Source of the DNA: Bdellovibrionales bacterium
GTDB lineage: Bacteria; Bdellovibrionota; Bdellovibrionia; Bdellovibrionales; UBA1609
Direction: 5' to 3'
Length of the DNA stretch: 64,000 nucleotides
Assembly (NCBI GenBank): GCA_965200875.1
Contig: OZ241456.1
Location: 768,001-832,000 of the forward strand
Shown: positions 50,042 to 60,042 of the stretch, in pieces
How positions within the stretch are numbered: position 1 is the stretch's first letter
How the letters are laid out: the number at the start of each line of letters is the position of its first letter
The notes under the pieces: model-generated
What the model was told of the DNA's origin: nothing
What the model saw: only the letters and a program-made list of their open reading frames with translations
Databases searched by the model: none
Translations under genes and position numbers: made by a program

Positions 50042-52033
50042 ATGATGAAAATTAAAAAATTAGAGATTGAAAATTTTAAAGCTATAAAGCATCTGAAGTT
50101 GGATATTTTAAGTGACACTGTTTTAATTGCTGGCCCAAATGGCTGTGGCAAATCATGTATCTTTCATGCAATTAGATTATTAAAATCTGTTATAGGTGGA
50201 TATCAGGATAATGAGTGGCATTTGTGGTTTAATGAATTTCAAATAAGTCCACAAAACCTTGGTCAGGATATTATTAAGTTATTTCAAACAGATGACAGAA
50301 AATTACAAATTAAAGCCGATTTTGAATTAAGTGAAGAAGAAAAAACATTTTTAAAAAATGAAGGTAAAGATATGCTTGAATACCAGCTATGGAAAAGAGC
50401 ATTACCTAATATTTTCAATACTCTAGATCAACAATACTATAAAGCTCGACCGTTAGGTGCACAATATGGTGATATAGCTAAAAAAATAACCGAATCATCT
50501 AAGCAATTATTTGAAAATTTGAATAAAGAATTGTCTCAACCAAAAATTAATGTTTGTTTTGAAGCTGATGTAAACGGTGTTCTTACAATATCTCCTACAA
50601 AATCATTACAGCTTGCATTTAGTTTTTTTGAAAAAGACTTAGGTATTATTGATTATCATGGCCCTGATAGGAATTACCATAAAGAAACATTAAATAATAT
50701 TAATTTAAATATTAAGACAAGTCACCAATCTATAAAGCAACACTCTTTATACAATTATACAAATAAGTATTCCAATGTGAAACAGGAAATGGTTGGAAGT
50801 TATATTAGGAGTTTGCTGACAAAAGAGGCTGGAGGAGTAGTGAACAGTTCAGATTCCAATTTAATTGATACCTTAAAAGAGTTGTTTAATGAGTTTTTTC
50901 CTGGAAAAGAGTTTTTAGATCCACAACCAAGTAAAACTGGTGGAATTGATTTTCCTGTAAAACTAAAAAATGGCACAACTCATGATATCAATGATCTTAG
51001 TTCAGGTGAAAAAGAGGTGCTTTATGGTTATTTGAGATTAAGAAGTTCTACACCAAAAAATTCTATCATTATGATTGATGAACCAGAGCTTCATTTGAAT
51101 CCAAAATTAATTTCTGGCCTACCACATTTTTACAAAAAACATTTAAGTGAAAAAATGGGTAATCAAATTTTACTAATAACTCATTCTGATGCTTTTCTTC
51201 GTGAAGCTATGAGAGAAAAGGATTATCAAGTTTATCATATAAAACCACCTTTTAGTATTTCATCTTATAAAGATAATCAAATTAAAGTAGTCAATGTAAA
51301 TAATGATTTGGAAGAAGCTATTATTGATTTAGTTGGTGATTTAGCCACTTATTCACCAGATAAAAAAAATGTGTTGTTGGAAGGAGAAAACTCAGAGTTT
51401 GATTCAAAAATGATTACAAAGTTATTTCCTGAATTTTCAGAAAAAGTAAACTTATTATCTGCTGGCTCAAAGCATAAAGTAATCAGACTACATGAATTAT
51501 TGGAAAAAGCAAATCAAGAAGGGCAACTACATACAAAATTTTTTTCAATTATAGATAAGGATCTACATGATGATAACACTATAAGATCAATAAAGGCATT
51601 TCAGTGGGATGTTTATCATATAGAAAATTATTTATTAAATGAAGACTACTTACTAAAATCTGTAAATGGATTGCTATTGCAAAAACAATGGAGTATTGAA
51701 GAAATAAACGATTTATTATTAAAATGTGCAAAAGAATCTATAGGTGTCCTTATTAAAGATATTCTAACTAATGAGGTATATAAAAAAACTCCTAATCTTA
51801 AAAAAATAGGATGTGATCCAGAAAATTTAAATATCTCTATAGAGATTTATAACTCTCTTCAAAGAAAAATAGACAATCTTTCTAAAATTCCAACAAAGGA
51901 TTATTTGCAAAAATTACAAGATATTGAAAAGCAAAAACGAAAAGAATTTAATCAGGCTTTTTGCAATTACACATGGAAGGAAAAAGTGAAAGGGAGAGAT
52001 GTATTAAAAAGATTAGTGGCAACAATTAATTAG
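50042..52033 (+). CDS. ABC-type ATPase fused to a TOPRIM-like domain (OLD/PARIS-like defence nuclease)
   Basis: GPNGCGKS, LSSGE, IDEPELHL, THS; EG…D, IDKD, IENYL. Confidence 0.8.
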   Translation: MMKIKKLEIENFKAIKHLKLDILSDTVLIAGPNGCGKSCIFHAIRLLKSVIGGYQDNEWHLWFNEFQISPQNLGQDIIKLFQTDDRKLQIKADFELSEEEKTFLKNEGKDMLEYQLWKRALPNIFNTLDQQYYKARPLGAQYGDIAKKITESSKQLFENLNKELSQPKINVCFEADVNGVLTISPTKSLQLAFSFFEKDLGIIDYHGPDRNYHKETLNNINLNIKTSHQSIKQHSLYNYTNKYSNVKQEMVGSYIRSLLTKEAGGVVNSSDSNLIDTLKELFNEFFPGKEFLDPQPSKTGGIDFPVKLKNGTTHDINDLSSGEKEVLYGYLRLRSSTPKNSIIMIDEPELHLNPKLISGLPHFYKKHLSEKMGNQILLITHSDAFLREAMREKDYQVYHIKPPFSISSYKDNQIKVVNVNNDLEEAIIDLVGDLATYSPDKKNVLLEGENSEFDSKMITKLFPEFSEKVNLLSAGSKHKVIRLHELLEKANQEGQLHTKFFSIIDKDLHDDNTIRSIKAFQWDVYHIENYLLNEDYLLKSVNGLLLQKQWSIEEINDLLLKCAKESIGVLIKDILTNEVYKKTPNLKKIGCDPENLNISIEIYNSLQRKIDNLSKIPTKDYLQKLQDIEKQKRKEFNQAFCNYTWKEKVKGRDVLKRLVATIN

Positions 52034-52211
52034 GAAATTTCAACTGAAAATTTTTCATATATGACTTTAAGAAATCAGATTATTGCCACAATGGCTATAG
52101 ACAGTTACAAGCCTGAAGGGATGAAAAAGATTATTCAACAAATAAAAAATGCTTAATGTTGAGGGTTTTTGTATTAAAATTTTATCAGGATATGTGCGGG
52201 CTTATGAGTGG

Positions 52212-52277
52212 TTGAAAGCCTTTTTTGCTTTCTGTTTAGGTGCTGGATTCCCGCCTGCGCTGGAATGACGTGTATGG
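52212..52277 (-). repeat. Composite palindromic repeat left of the GIY-YIG gene
   Basis: TTGAAAGCC…CTGGATTCCCGCCTGCGCTGGAATGAC (core 52243-52269). Confidence 0.9.
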
Positions 52278-52446
52278 AGCGAGCATAGGTGCAAGTTGTA
52301 AGGTGATGATAGGATATACATAGGCTTGTGAATGGCTGAAAGCCCTTTGGGCTTTCAGTTTTGGGAACATACATGAAAAAAAGTGTGATAATTGAAACAC
52401 TGGGGGTTTTTCACGGATCATTACAGTAGACTATAAGAGGGTTATA

Positions 52447-52743
52447 GTGAAGAAAGAGAAACAAGCATTTGTTTATATAATGGCAAATAAAAGAAATGGA
52501 ACAATTTATACAGGAGTGACAAATGATTTATCAAATCGTGTGTGGCAACATAAACAGAATGTAATAGAAGGTTTTACAAAAAAGTACGGTGTTCATCATT
52601 TGGTTTATTTTGAACAACATGGAAGTATGTACTCAGCTATTGAACGAGAGAAACAAATAAAAAAATGGTGCAGGCAATGGAAATTAAAACTCATAGAAAA
52701 AGAAAATCCAAGTTGGAGTGACTTATATGATTCTATCATTTAA
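52447..52743 (+). CDS. Small GIY-YIG nuclease family protein
   Basis: FVYIMANKRNGTIYTGVT, RVWQH, GFTKKY, AIEREKQIKKW, NPSWSDL. Confidence 0.93.
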   Translation: MKKEKQAFVYIMANKRNGTIYTGVTNDLSNRVWQHKQNVIEGFTKKYGVHHLVYFEQHGSMYSAIEREKQIKKWCRQWKLKLIEKENPSWSDLYDSII

Positions 52744-52760
52744 TGTTTATATGTATCGTA

Positions 52761-52826
52761 TTGAAAGCCTTTTTGGCTTTTAGTTTAGATACTGGATTCC
52801 CGCCTGCGCGGGAATGACGTATATGA
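52761..52826 (-). repeat. Composite palindromic repeat right of the GIY-YIG gene
   Basis: Direct repeat of 52212-52277; core 52792-52818. Confidence 0.9.
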
Positions 52827-52860
52827 AATAATGATAACTTAAAAAAACAGGAGGAGTAAA

Positions 52861-54048
52861 ATGCAGATAACGCAGATAAAGTTAAAAAATTTTCGGGCTT
52901 TTCAAAATGTGGAGATGCGGGATATTCCGCACTTCGTGGTTCTTGTTGGTGCTAATGGCACAGGCAAATCCACTTTGTTTTCCGTTTTTGGTTTTCTTCG
53001 TGACGCAATGACCTCTAATGTGACCACCGCTCTTTCAAAATTGGGAGGAAGTCGGGGTTTTAAAGAGGTGGTCAGCAGAAACTCAACAGGTCCTATTGAG
53101 ATTGAAATCAAGTTTCGGGAAAAACCCAAAAGTCAGTTGGTTACTTATGCCTTGTGTATTGCTGAAAAAAATGGTCGCGCGATAGTGGAACGGGAGATCT
53201 TAAAATATCGCCGAGGTACCAGGGGAGCACCTTGGAAGTTTTTAGATTTTTCATGCGGGAAAGGCCAAGCTGTTACCAATGAGATGGATGATGTAAAAGA
53301 TGAAAAAGACCTTCAGAGAGAAGAACAAAACCTTAAATCTCCTGATTTGCTGGCCATAAAGGGACTAGCCCAGTTTGAGCGATTTCCTGCTGTAGTGGCT
53401 CTTGGCAATTTGATTGAGCGTTGGCATATCTCTGACTTCCATATCAGCAAAGCGCGCCCGGAACAAGAATCGGGGTATGCGGAACACTTGTCACGCTCAG
53501 GAGAAAACTTGTCCTTGGTGGTGGAATATCTTTATCAAAATCATAGAAATGTTTTTGACACTATTATCAAACAATTGAGTAAAAGAGTGCCTGGCATTAC
53601 CAAAGTTGATTCCAAACAAACAGAAGAAGGACGTATTTTATTGAAATTTCAGGATGGGGATTTTGAAGATCCGTTTCTAGCTCGTTATGTTTCTGACGGT
53701 ACAATTAAAATGCTGGCCTATCTGATTTTACTTTATGACCCTGCTCCTCATCCTCTGCTGTGCGTGGAAGAACCGGAAAATCAACTTTATCACAGTTTGC
53801 TGGAAGAATTAGCAGAGGAATTTCGCTCTTATGCCAACAAAGGCGGGCAGGTATTTGTCTCCACTCACTCCCCGGATTTTTTAAATTCTGTCAAACTGGA
53901 AGAAGTATTTTGGCTGGAAAAGCAATCCGGCTATACAGTTGTCAAACGAGCTATGGCTAATGAGCAAGTTTCCGCTTATATGAAACAAGGGGATAAAATG
54001 GGAAATCTTTGGACACAGGGTTTTTTTACAGGAGCAGATCCTAAATGA
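52861..54048 (+). CDS. AAA_21-type ATPase
   Basis: GANGTGKS, SDGT, CVEEPEN, STHSP; GGAGGAG RBS. Confidence 0.88.
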   Translation: MQITQIKLKNFRAFQNVEMRDIPHFVVLVGANGTGKSTLFSVFGFLRDAMTSNVTTALSKLGGSRGFKEVVSRNSTGPIEIEIKFREKPKSQLVTYALCIAEKNGRAIVEREILKYRRGTRGAPWKFLDFSCGKGQAVTNEMDDVKDEKDLQREEQNLKSPDLLAIKGLAQFERFPAVVALGNLIERWHISDFHISKARPEQESGYAEHLSRSGENLSLVVEYLYQNHRNVFDTIIKQLSKRVPGITKVDSKQTEEGRILLKFQDGDFEDPFLARYVSDGTIKMLAYLILLYDPAPHPLLCVEEPENQLYHSLLEELAEEFRSYANKGGQVFVSTHSPDFLNSVKLEEVFWLEKQSGYTVVKRAMANEQVSAYMKQGDKMGNLWTQGFFTGADPK

Positions 54049-54614
54049 AAAATCTTGTTTTCTTTCTGGAAGGATATTCTGAAAAAGTAATGCTGGAAGG
54101 TCTGTTATCGCGTTTGTTGCCTGAAAATGTTTCTCCTGTTTATTGTGTGTTTAAAGGGAAAAAAGACTTGGAAAAGAATCTTTTTAAAAAAATACAGGGA
54201 TGGCAAAAACCTGAAAGTGCTTTCATAGTTTTGCTCGACCAAGATCAGGAAAACTGTAAATCTCTTAAGAAAAGAATACTTGAAATATGCAAACAGTGTG
54301 AAAATTCAGTAACCCCTTTAAAGTATATTATTCGCGTAGCTTGCCGTGAACTGGAAAGCTGGTATTTTGGTGATTTAGAAGCTGTTGGAAAAGCATTTAA
54401 TAAGCCAAAATTGCCAGATCGATATAAGAATAAAAAACAATATAAAAATCCAGACAAAATTCAAAATCCTGCGAAAGAACTTGAGAAGATTACCAATAAA
54501 GAATATCAAAAAATTTCTGGTTCTAGAGCTATTGGTTCTTTACTTTCCTGGGAAAATAATAAATCACGTAGCTTTAAAGTGTTTATCGAAGGTATCAAGG
54601 ATCTGGTTCAATGA
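54045..54614 (+). CDS. DUF4276-like (TOPRIM-related) protein coupled to the ATPase
   Basis: FFLEG.SE, LDQD, ELESWYFGD, NKSRSF; ATGA overlap with the ATPase gene. Confidence 0.8.
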   Translation: MKNLVFFLEGYSEKVMLEGLLSRLLPENVSPVYCVFKGKKDLEKNLFKKIQGWQKPESAFIVLLDQDQENCKSLKKRILEICKQCENSVTPLKYIIRVACRELESWYFGDLEAVGKAFNKPKLPDRYKNKKQYKNPDKIQNPAKELEKITNKEYQKISGSRAIGSLLSWENNKSRSFKVFIEGIKDLVQ

Positions 54615-54629
54615 AAAATGATTCTCATT

Positions 54630-54693
54630 TTTCAGTTTAGGTGCTGGATTCCCGCCTGTGCGGGAATGACTTGTATGGAGGGAGAGCGAGCAT
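54630..54693 (-). repeat. Composite palindromic repeat
   Basis: GTTTAGGTGCTGGATTCCCGCCTGTGCGGGAATGAC…TATGGAG…GCGAGCAT, matching 52230-52287. Confidence 0.9.
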
Positions 54694-54702
54694 GGATGTG
54701 AG

Positions 54703-54804
54703 CTTTTTCAGGCTTTAATGAGTATTTATGTGCCAAATTGGAAGGTACTGGATAAAGAGCTTAACTTTATGCAAAAAGAGCAACAACAAGCAGAGCTTTG
54801 TTAA
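54703..54804 (+). pseudogene. C-terminal remnant of a YgjP/M48-like metallopeptidase
   Basis: Hand translation LFQALMSIYVPNWKVLDKELNF… resembles the F..L…Y.P.W……L tail of this family. Confidence 0.45.
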
Positions 54805-55191
54805 TGTATTGACCTGCTCTCAGTGTTGTTCTTTCCCACAAAAGATGTTTGTTGTTCTTTTCACTAAAATTTTAGTTCAGATATTTTTTAATCCATGAGA
54901 GAGTAGGGATTTATATCCTGCTTGATAATTTTTTAGGAATTTTATCTTCAAAACTACATGAAAATAGCTTGGTAGTGCAGAAAAAACATTAAAATATTTT
55001 TTAACTCACTGTGTTGTGTCAAAGTTGGGAAAATCCAAAATGTAGTATATCCTTTATTTATATTACTACCTTTATTTATATTACTAAGTGTCAATATTGA
55101 CGCGTTGTCTGATTGATCCTTTGGAAAAAAGAATCTAAGATTAGGTAAATTTTTAATGGTTTAAGTTATGAAGAAACTAATGGTGTAAATT

Positions 55192-55410
55192 ATGAAAAAG
55201 CTAACAAATCAAGATTTTTACAGTGGGCAGGTAAATGCTAATTTAGAGCTTAGATTGATAAATCACTTAAGGGCAAAGCATAATATGCGTCCCTTATCAA
55301 AGCTCCCAGTTGCTGAACAACCGCAACCCAGGTGGCAACCTGGAAAAAGATACACACTGCTTGAACAAATAAAGCGACACAAGCAAAAAAGTATTTTAGG
55401 AAGAATGTAA
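55192..55410 (+). CDS. Small hypothetical protein
   Basis: Isolated 72-aa ORF in an AT-rich gap. Confidence 0.4.
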   Translation: MKKLTNQDFYSGQVNANLELRLINHLRAKHNMRPLSKLPVAEQPQPRWQPGKRYTLLEQIKRHKQKSILGRM

Positions 55411-55576
55411 TAATAAAAATTTAAGACATTCTCTTGTGCAGGGGGATGTCCAAATATTCGTTAGGGTTATAGAAGATATTTTATGGCCTTTTACCTTTTT
55501 CTCTGAAAGATATTACAGAGTATTCTCATTTTTTAGTCCTTGACTATACTCCCAATATATCCGATAAATTAGGAAT

Positions 55577-56749
55577 ATGATACATAGAATACAACAACTC
55601 AAAACCCGGCAAAGCTTATTTCTGTTCGGAGCCAGAGGAACAGGAAAATCCACTTTATTACAAATGACTTTTCCTTTGAAAGGCACTTTGTGGATAGATC
55701 TCTTGGATTATAAACAGGAAAATTCTTTATCCAAAAATCCTGATAGGCTTTCTTTTTTAATTGCTGGAGGGCAGTTTAAAAGGGTAATCATTGACGAAGT
55801 TCAAAAAATTCCTAAATTATTGGATATTGTTCATAAGGAGATGGAGGCCAATAAAGCCATCCAATTTATTATGACTGGTTCCAGCGCGCGAAAGTTAAAA
55901 AGAGGGCAAGCGAATTTATTAGCTGGCAGAGCGGTTGCTTATTATTTGTATCCGCTTTCTTGTTTTGAAACTGGTTCTGCACAGCTGAAACTCAAAACAT
56001 ATATGCATTGGGGTGGGCTTCCAAGGCTATGGAATCTTAATTCAAAATCGGAAAAAAAACTTTTCCTAGAAAGTTATGCTCATAATTATCTTAAAGAGGA
56101 AGTTCTTCAGGAGCAGGTTATAAGAAACATACAGCCGTTTAAAAGATTTTTGGAAGTTTCAGCTCAGATGAACGGACAGATTATAAATTATTCCAAGTGT
56201 GCGCGAGAAATTGGAGTAGATCACAAAACAATTCAAAATTATTTTTCTGTTTTAGAGGACACTTTGCTTGGTTTCTTTTTACCGGCTTACCATCGTTCTG
56301 TTAGAAAACAGCAAAGCAAAGCCCCTAAGTTTTTCCTTTTTGATTTAGGAGTGAAAAAAGCTCTTGAGGAAACTTTGGATATTCCTTTGCGACAAGGAAC
56401 TTATGGTTTTGGTCAGGCTTTTGAGCATTTTATTTTATCGGAATGTTGCAAGCTCAATCACTATTTCAGAAAATCTTATAAGTTTTCTTATCTCAAAACA
56501 AAAGATGGATTGGAGGTGGATTTGGTGATCCAAAGACCTAGAAAAAAAGACATTCTTGTAGAGATTAAATCAACACAGGAAATTAAAGCAGAAGACACAA
56601 AAACTATCAGTAAAATCGCAAAGGATTGGAAAACTCCTTGCTCAGCTGAAGTATGGTCTTTAGATCAGGAAGAACAGAAAATCAAAAAGGTTAAATGTCT
56701 TCCTTGGGACAAAGCTCTAAAAACTTATTTTCCAATCCGCAAGCCATAG
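55577..56749 (+). CDS. AAA_14 / DUF4143 ATP-binding protein (paralog of 8399-9595)
   Basis: GARGTGKST, IIDEVQ, TGSSARKL, KFFLFDLG, EVDL…VEIKS. Confidence 0.88.
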   Translation: MIHRIQQLKTRQSLFLFGARGTGKSTLLQMTFPLKGTLWIDLLDYKQENSLSKNPDRLSFLIAGGQFKRVIIDEVQKIPKLLDIVHKEMEANKAIQFIMTGSSARKLKRGQANLLAGRAVAYYLYPLSCFETGSAQLKLKTYMHWGGLPRLWNLNSKSEKKLFLESYAHNYLKEEVLQEQVIRNIQPFKRFLEVSAQMNGQIINYSKCAREIGVDHKTIQNYFSVLEDTLLGFFLPAYHRSVRKQQSKAPKFFLFDLGVKKALEETLDIPLRQGTYGFGQAFEHFILSECCKLNHYFRKSYKFSYLKTKDGLEVDLVIQRPRKKDILVEIKSTQEIKAEDTKTISKIAKDWKTPCSAEVWSLDQEEQKIKKVKCLPWDKALKTYFPIRKP

Positions 56750-56910
56750 GAATTGTCTGGGTGAAAAATTATGCTTGGATTTTGATATTCAGTGCAGTTC
56801 TTATTCCCTGAACAAGAACAAGCAAGTTTCCCTCTTAAAATTATTAATTGTGTAAATTTTTCACTGTTTATTGATCCGTAAAAAAGGTTGTTATTTTTGG
56901 AGTGTTTGCT

Positions 56911-57185
56911 TAGTCAATCCTGAATAAGTCTGTTTAGTGAGAGTATGCTCTTACCAATACTTCACCGCTCGGTCTCAAACATGCGTTTTGCCACACACGC
57001 GTCTTTTTAGCCACGGTGTGCTCAAAGCCGAACTCGCCTCGCGGTGAGTATCGGTAAGATCTTTTTCACTGATACTTTTTGCAAGAAAACAAAGGTTGTA
57101 TTGTAAAACCTTGCAATTTTTCCCGAACCTTTTATAAAAAAAATCAAGTGATAACAACGCTTTATTATTTATTCAGAACCGACTA
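56911..57185. mobile_element. 275-bp MITE-like element with internal long hairpin
   Basis: Imperfect inverted ends TAGTCAATCCTGAATAA / TTATTCAGAACCGACTA; internal TCTTACCAATACTTCACCGC … GCGGTGAGTATCGGTAAGA. Confidence 0.55.
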
Positions 57186-57298
57186 CTTAAAAAAAAATAT
57201 TTTTTATTAGATATTTCTCATAAAATATTTTACTATCGAGCAATCAATAACTTTCTATCAATCAATCAACAATTCAATAACAACGAAAGGTGGATTTT

Positions 57299-57874
57299 AT
57301 GAAAACGACACTTATTTTATTACTTTTAAGCTTAGGTGCTTCTAGTTATGGTCAAGAAGAAACTGTTGAAAATCAATGTAATATTAATAATTATGCAGAC
57401 TATATAAATAAACTAGGAATTCATAATTGCAAGTTGATCTTTGCGAAATTTGACAATGTGGATTTGAGTGGTGCAAATTTTTCTAGGGCAAATTTATACC
57501 GGGCGAGTTTTGATAATGTGAATTTGACCGATGCGAATTTGATTGAGGCATATTTGCAAGGAGTGATTTTTACTGATGCAAATTTAACTGGAGCAAATTT
57601 TCACCGAGCGAATTTGCGCCAAGCGGATATACGTGGTGCAGTTTTATATGGTGCAAATTTTTCTAGGGCTGATATGCGCGATATGGTTTTGAACTTGGTG
57701 AATTTTGCAGGAGTAAATTTAACCGAAGCGAATTTTGCTAGGGTGAATTTAACCGATGTGAATTTAACCGGAGCACTTTTGTATAAGGCGAATTTAACCG
57801 AGGCGCAAGTCACCAGAGAACAGGCAGAGTATTTGGAATCACAAGGCTTAAGTGGTTTTATTGTGGTAGACTAA
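57299..57874 (+). CDS. Secreted pentapeptide-repeat protein
   Basis: Signal peptide MKTTLILLLLSLGASSYG; A(N/D)L/F pentapeptide repeats. Confidence 0.92.
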   Translation: MKTTLILLLLSLGASSYGQEETVENQCNINNYADYINKLGIHNCKLIFAKFDNVDLSGANFSRANLYRASFDNVNLTDANLIEAYLQGVIFTDANLTGANFHRANLRQADIRGAVLYGANFSRADMRDMVLNLVNFAGVNLTEANFARVNLTDVNLTGALLYKANLTEAQVTREQAEYLESQGLSGFIVVD

Positions 57875-58002
57875 GCCAGTCGGTCTTGAATAAACGATAA
57901 AGCATTATAATCACTCGATTTTTTTTATCGTTGCGTTGCATAGTGACTATTCTGGTGCTTTTTGGGAGAATAAAAAGAGTTTTCCCAAAAGGAAGGAATT
58001 TT

Positions 58003-58887
58003 ATGCAATTCGGAGGTCATCAGAGCTTTCATTTGAGAGATCAGTGGCTTTATAAAGGTACTTATTGGACAAACAAGTCTCCTCAGATACTTTTGAATAC
58101 GAATAATTATAAAATCGCAGAAAAAGCTATACAGAAGCTGGGTGTTGGTAAAAACATGGTGGATTCCATACGATACTGGCTTAAAGCAACAAAATTGATA
58201 GTCATTAACAAAAATGGCATCGAGCTTACGGGTACAGCAAAAACTATCTTGGCAAAAGATCCTTATTTTGAACAAGATGGTACACTTTTTTTAATTCATT
58301 ATCTGCTGGTCACAAATAAAGAGTTTGCAACAACATGGTACTGGTTTTTTAATCATTTTTCTGCTAGGGAATTTGACAAAGAAGCACTTAAGAATGCTTT
58401 TGCTGCTTATATTTCCATTAAAACAAATAAAAAAATTAAGTCTGCCACTTTAGAGAAGGACTTGAATTGCTTATTAAGAATGTATCAGGTTGTGGAATAC
58501 ACAGGAAGAAAAACCCCTGAAACAGAAACCCCTTCACCTTTTGCTAAGTATGGATGGATTAAAAAAAGGGGAGAAAGTTTTATACGAAATAAGTTAAATG
58601 TGAGTGACTTTAATATAAATGTGTTTGCTTATATGTTTTATGTGTTTTGGAAAAATGACTTAAGCCAGCCTGAAGCTGTAAAACTGGAAGATATAACATT
58701 TAAAGAAAACTCCCCAGGTCGTATCTTTCTTTTTTCAGAGGAAGAAATGAATGAGCTTGTGGAAAACTGCTCTAAAAAAACAAAATATCTCAACTATTCA
58801 CGAACGGGTGGATACCTTATTTTGCGACCTGATAAAGAACAGCTGAAAAAAGCTTTAACTAATTATTACAGAGATATGAGTCTTTGA
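58003..58887 (+). CDS. DUF4007 protein (SspB-like)
   Basis: FGGHQSFHLRDQWLYKG, LGVGKNMVDSIRYWL, DPYFE, WYWFFN; ATG at 58003 has an RBS. Confidence 0.85.
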   Translation: MQFGGHQSFHLRDQWLYKGTYWTNKSPQILLNTNNYKIAEKAIQKLGVGKNMVDSIRYWLKATKLIVINKNGIELTGTAKTILAKDPYFEQDGTLFLIHYLLVTNKEFATTWYWFFNHFSAREFDKEALKNAFAAYISIKTNKKIKSATLEKDLNCLLRMYQVVEYTGRKTPETETPSPFAKYGWIKKRGESFIRNKLNVSDFNINVFAYMFYVFWKNDLSQPEAVKLEDITFKENSPGRIFLFSEEEMNELVENCSKKTKYLNYSRTGGYLILRPDKEQLKKALTNYYRDMSL

Positions 58888-59143
58888 TATATTTGTCAAT
58901 ATGGGTTATAGTTCAGTGTCCATTACCCACTGCCCCTTACTACAATCCTAATGTGACAATTTGAATTGACTTTCATACATATTACGATTTGGTCATTGAC
59001 TAGGCTTATTAAGTTTTCTCGCTACTGTGGTGATGACTCGGAGTAAAATCGTATAAAGATTTCACCAGTTACTTTTTACACTTGTTTTTTTTTATCTTAT
59101 TTGTGAGTATTATCAATCATTAACAGTAAATAAGGAGTAAATC

Positions 59144-59785
59144 ATGAAAATTATAATTGTTTTACTATTTTTAAGCATTGGTTTTTTGAGTTATGGAAAA
59201 GACACACATCTTTGTCATATTCATAATTATCAAAATTATATAAAAAAGCCTGGAAATCATAAGTGCGATTTGCGTCAAGCTGATTTGTCTGGGACGAATT
59301 TTCAGGGTGCGAATTTGGAAGGAGCATATTTTTACAAGGCGAATTTGAGTGGAGCAGATTTGACGAATGCGAATTTATACCGAGCGGATTTGATATTGGC
59401 TAATTTGAGTGGTGCGAATTTGACTGAGGCGGATTTGTATGTAGCAAATTTGACCGATGCGAATTTACAAGCTGTGAATTTGACCGATGCGAATTTGTTT
59501 CATGTGATTTTTCAAGGTGCGAATTTGACTGAGGCGAATTTGTACCGAGCGAGTTTGCGCGATGCGAATTTGTACGGGACGAATTTTCAAGGTGCGAATT
59601 TGGCGAATGCGGATTTAAGCCGTGCAGATTTGCAAGGTGCGAATTTGACTGATGCGAATTTGTACCGAGCGAGTTTGCGCGATGCGGATTTGTACGGGAC
59701 GAATTTTACCAATACGAAAGTTGATTCGGCCTTGGCGACTTATTTAACTTCACAAGGTATAAGTGGTTTTGTTGTTATAGAATAA
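59144..59785 (+). CDS. Secreted pentapeptide-repeat protein
   Basis: AAGGAG RBS, signal peptide, ANL/ADL repeats; C-terminus similar to the 57299 gene. Confidence 0.93.
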   Translation: MKIIIVLLFLSIGFLSYGKDTHLCHIHNYQNYIKKPGNHKCDLRQADLSGTNFQGANLEGAYFYKANLSGADLTNANLYRADLILANLSGANLTEADLYVANLTDANLQAVNLTDANLFHVIFQGANLTEANLYRASLRDANLYGTNFQGANLANADLSRADLQGANLTDANLYRASLRDADLYGTNFTNTKVDSALATYLTSQGISGFVVIE

Positions 59786-60042
59786 GTTATGATTATTAGT
59801 CCAAGAAAGCCAAACCACTACTCTGAATTTTATGCAAATCAACCCACGCCGGATTAAAGCCTAGGGAGAGGCTTTAAAACAGGAGTTTAAACGACTTTTT
59901 ATTTTGAAAATGAAGCACCGGGACTTGAATAAAAATAATATTTGTAAAACAATAATTCCAGAAAGTTTTTTTTATTCTTCAATTCGGTGTTAGTGTGTGT
60001 AGCCAGAGCCAATGCGTATGAATAAAAAAGATATGGAGTTTT

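Noticed and set aside
52174..52421. Two short minus-strand ORFs
   Set aside because: They overlap the repeat (VIPAQAGIQ) and are repeat-derived
46104..54693. Palindromic repeats as CRISPR repeats or integron attC sites
   Set aside because: Spacing is irregular and gene-sized, no clear RYYYAAC…GTTRRRY ends, and no cas or tyrosine integrase gene in the window
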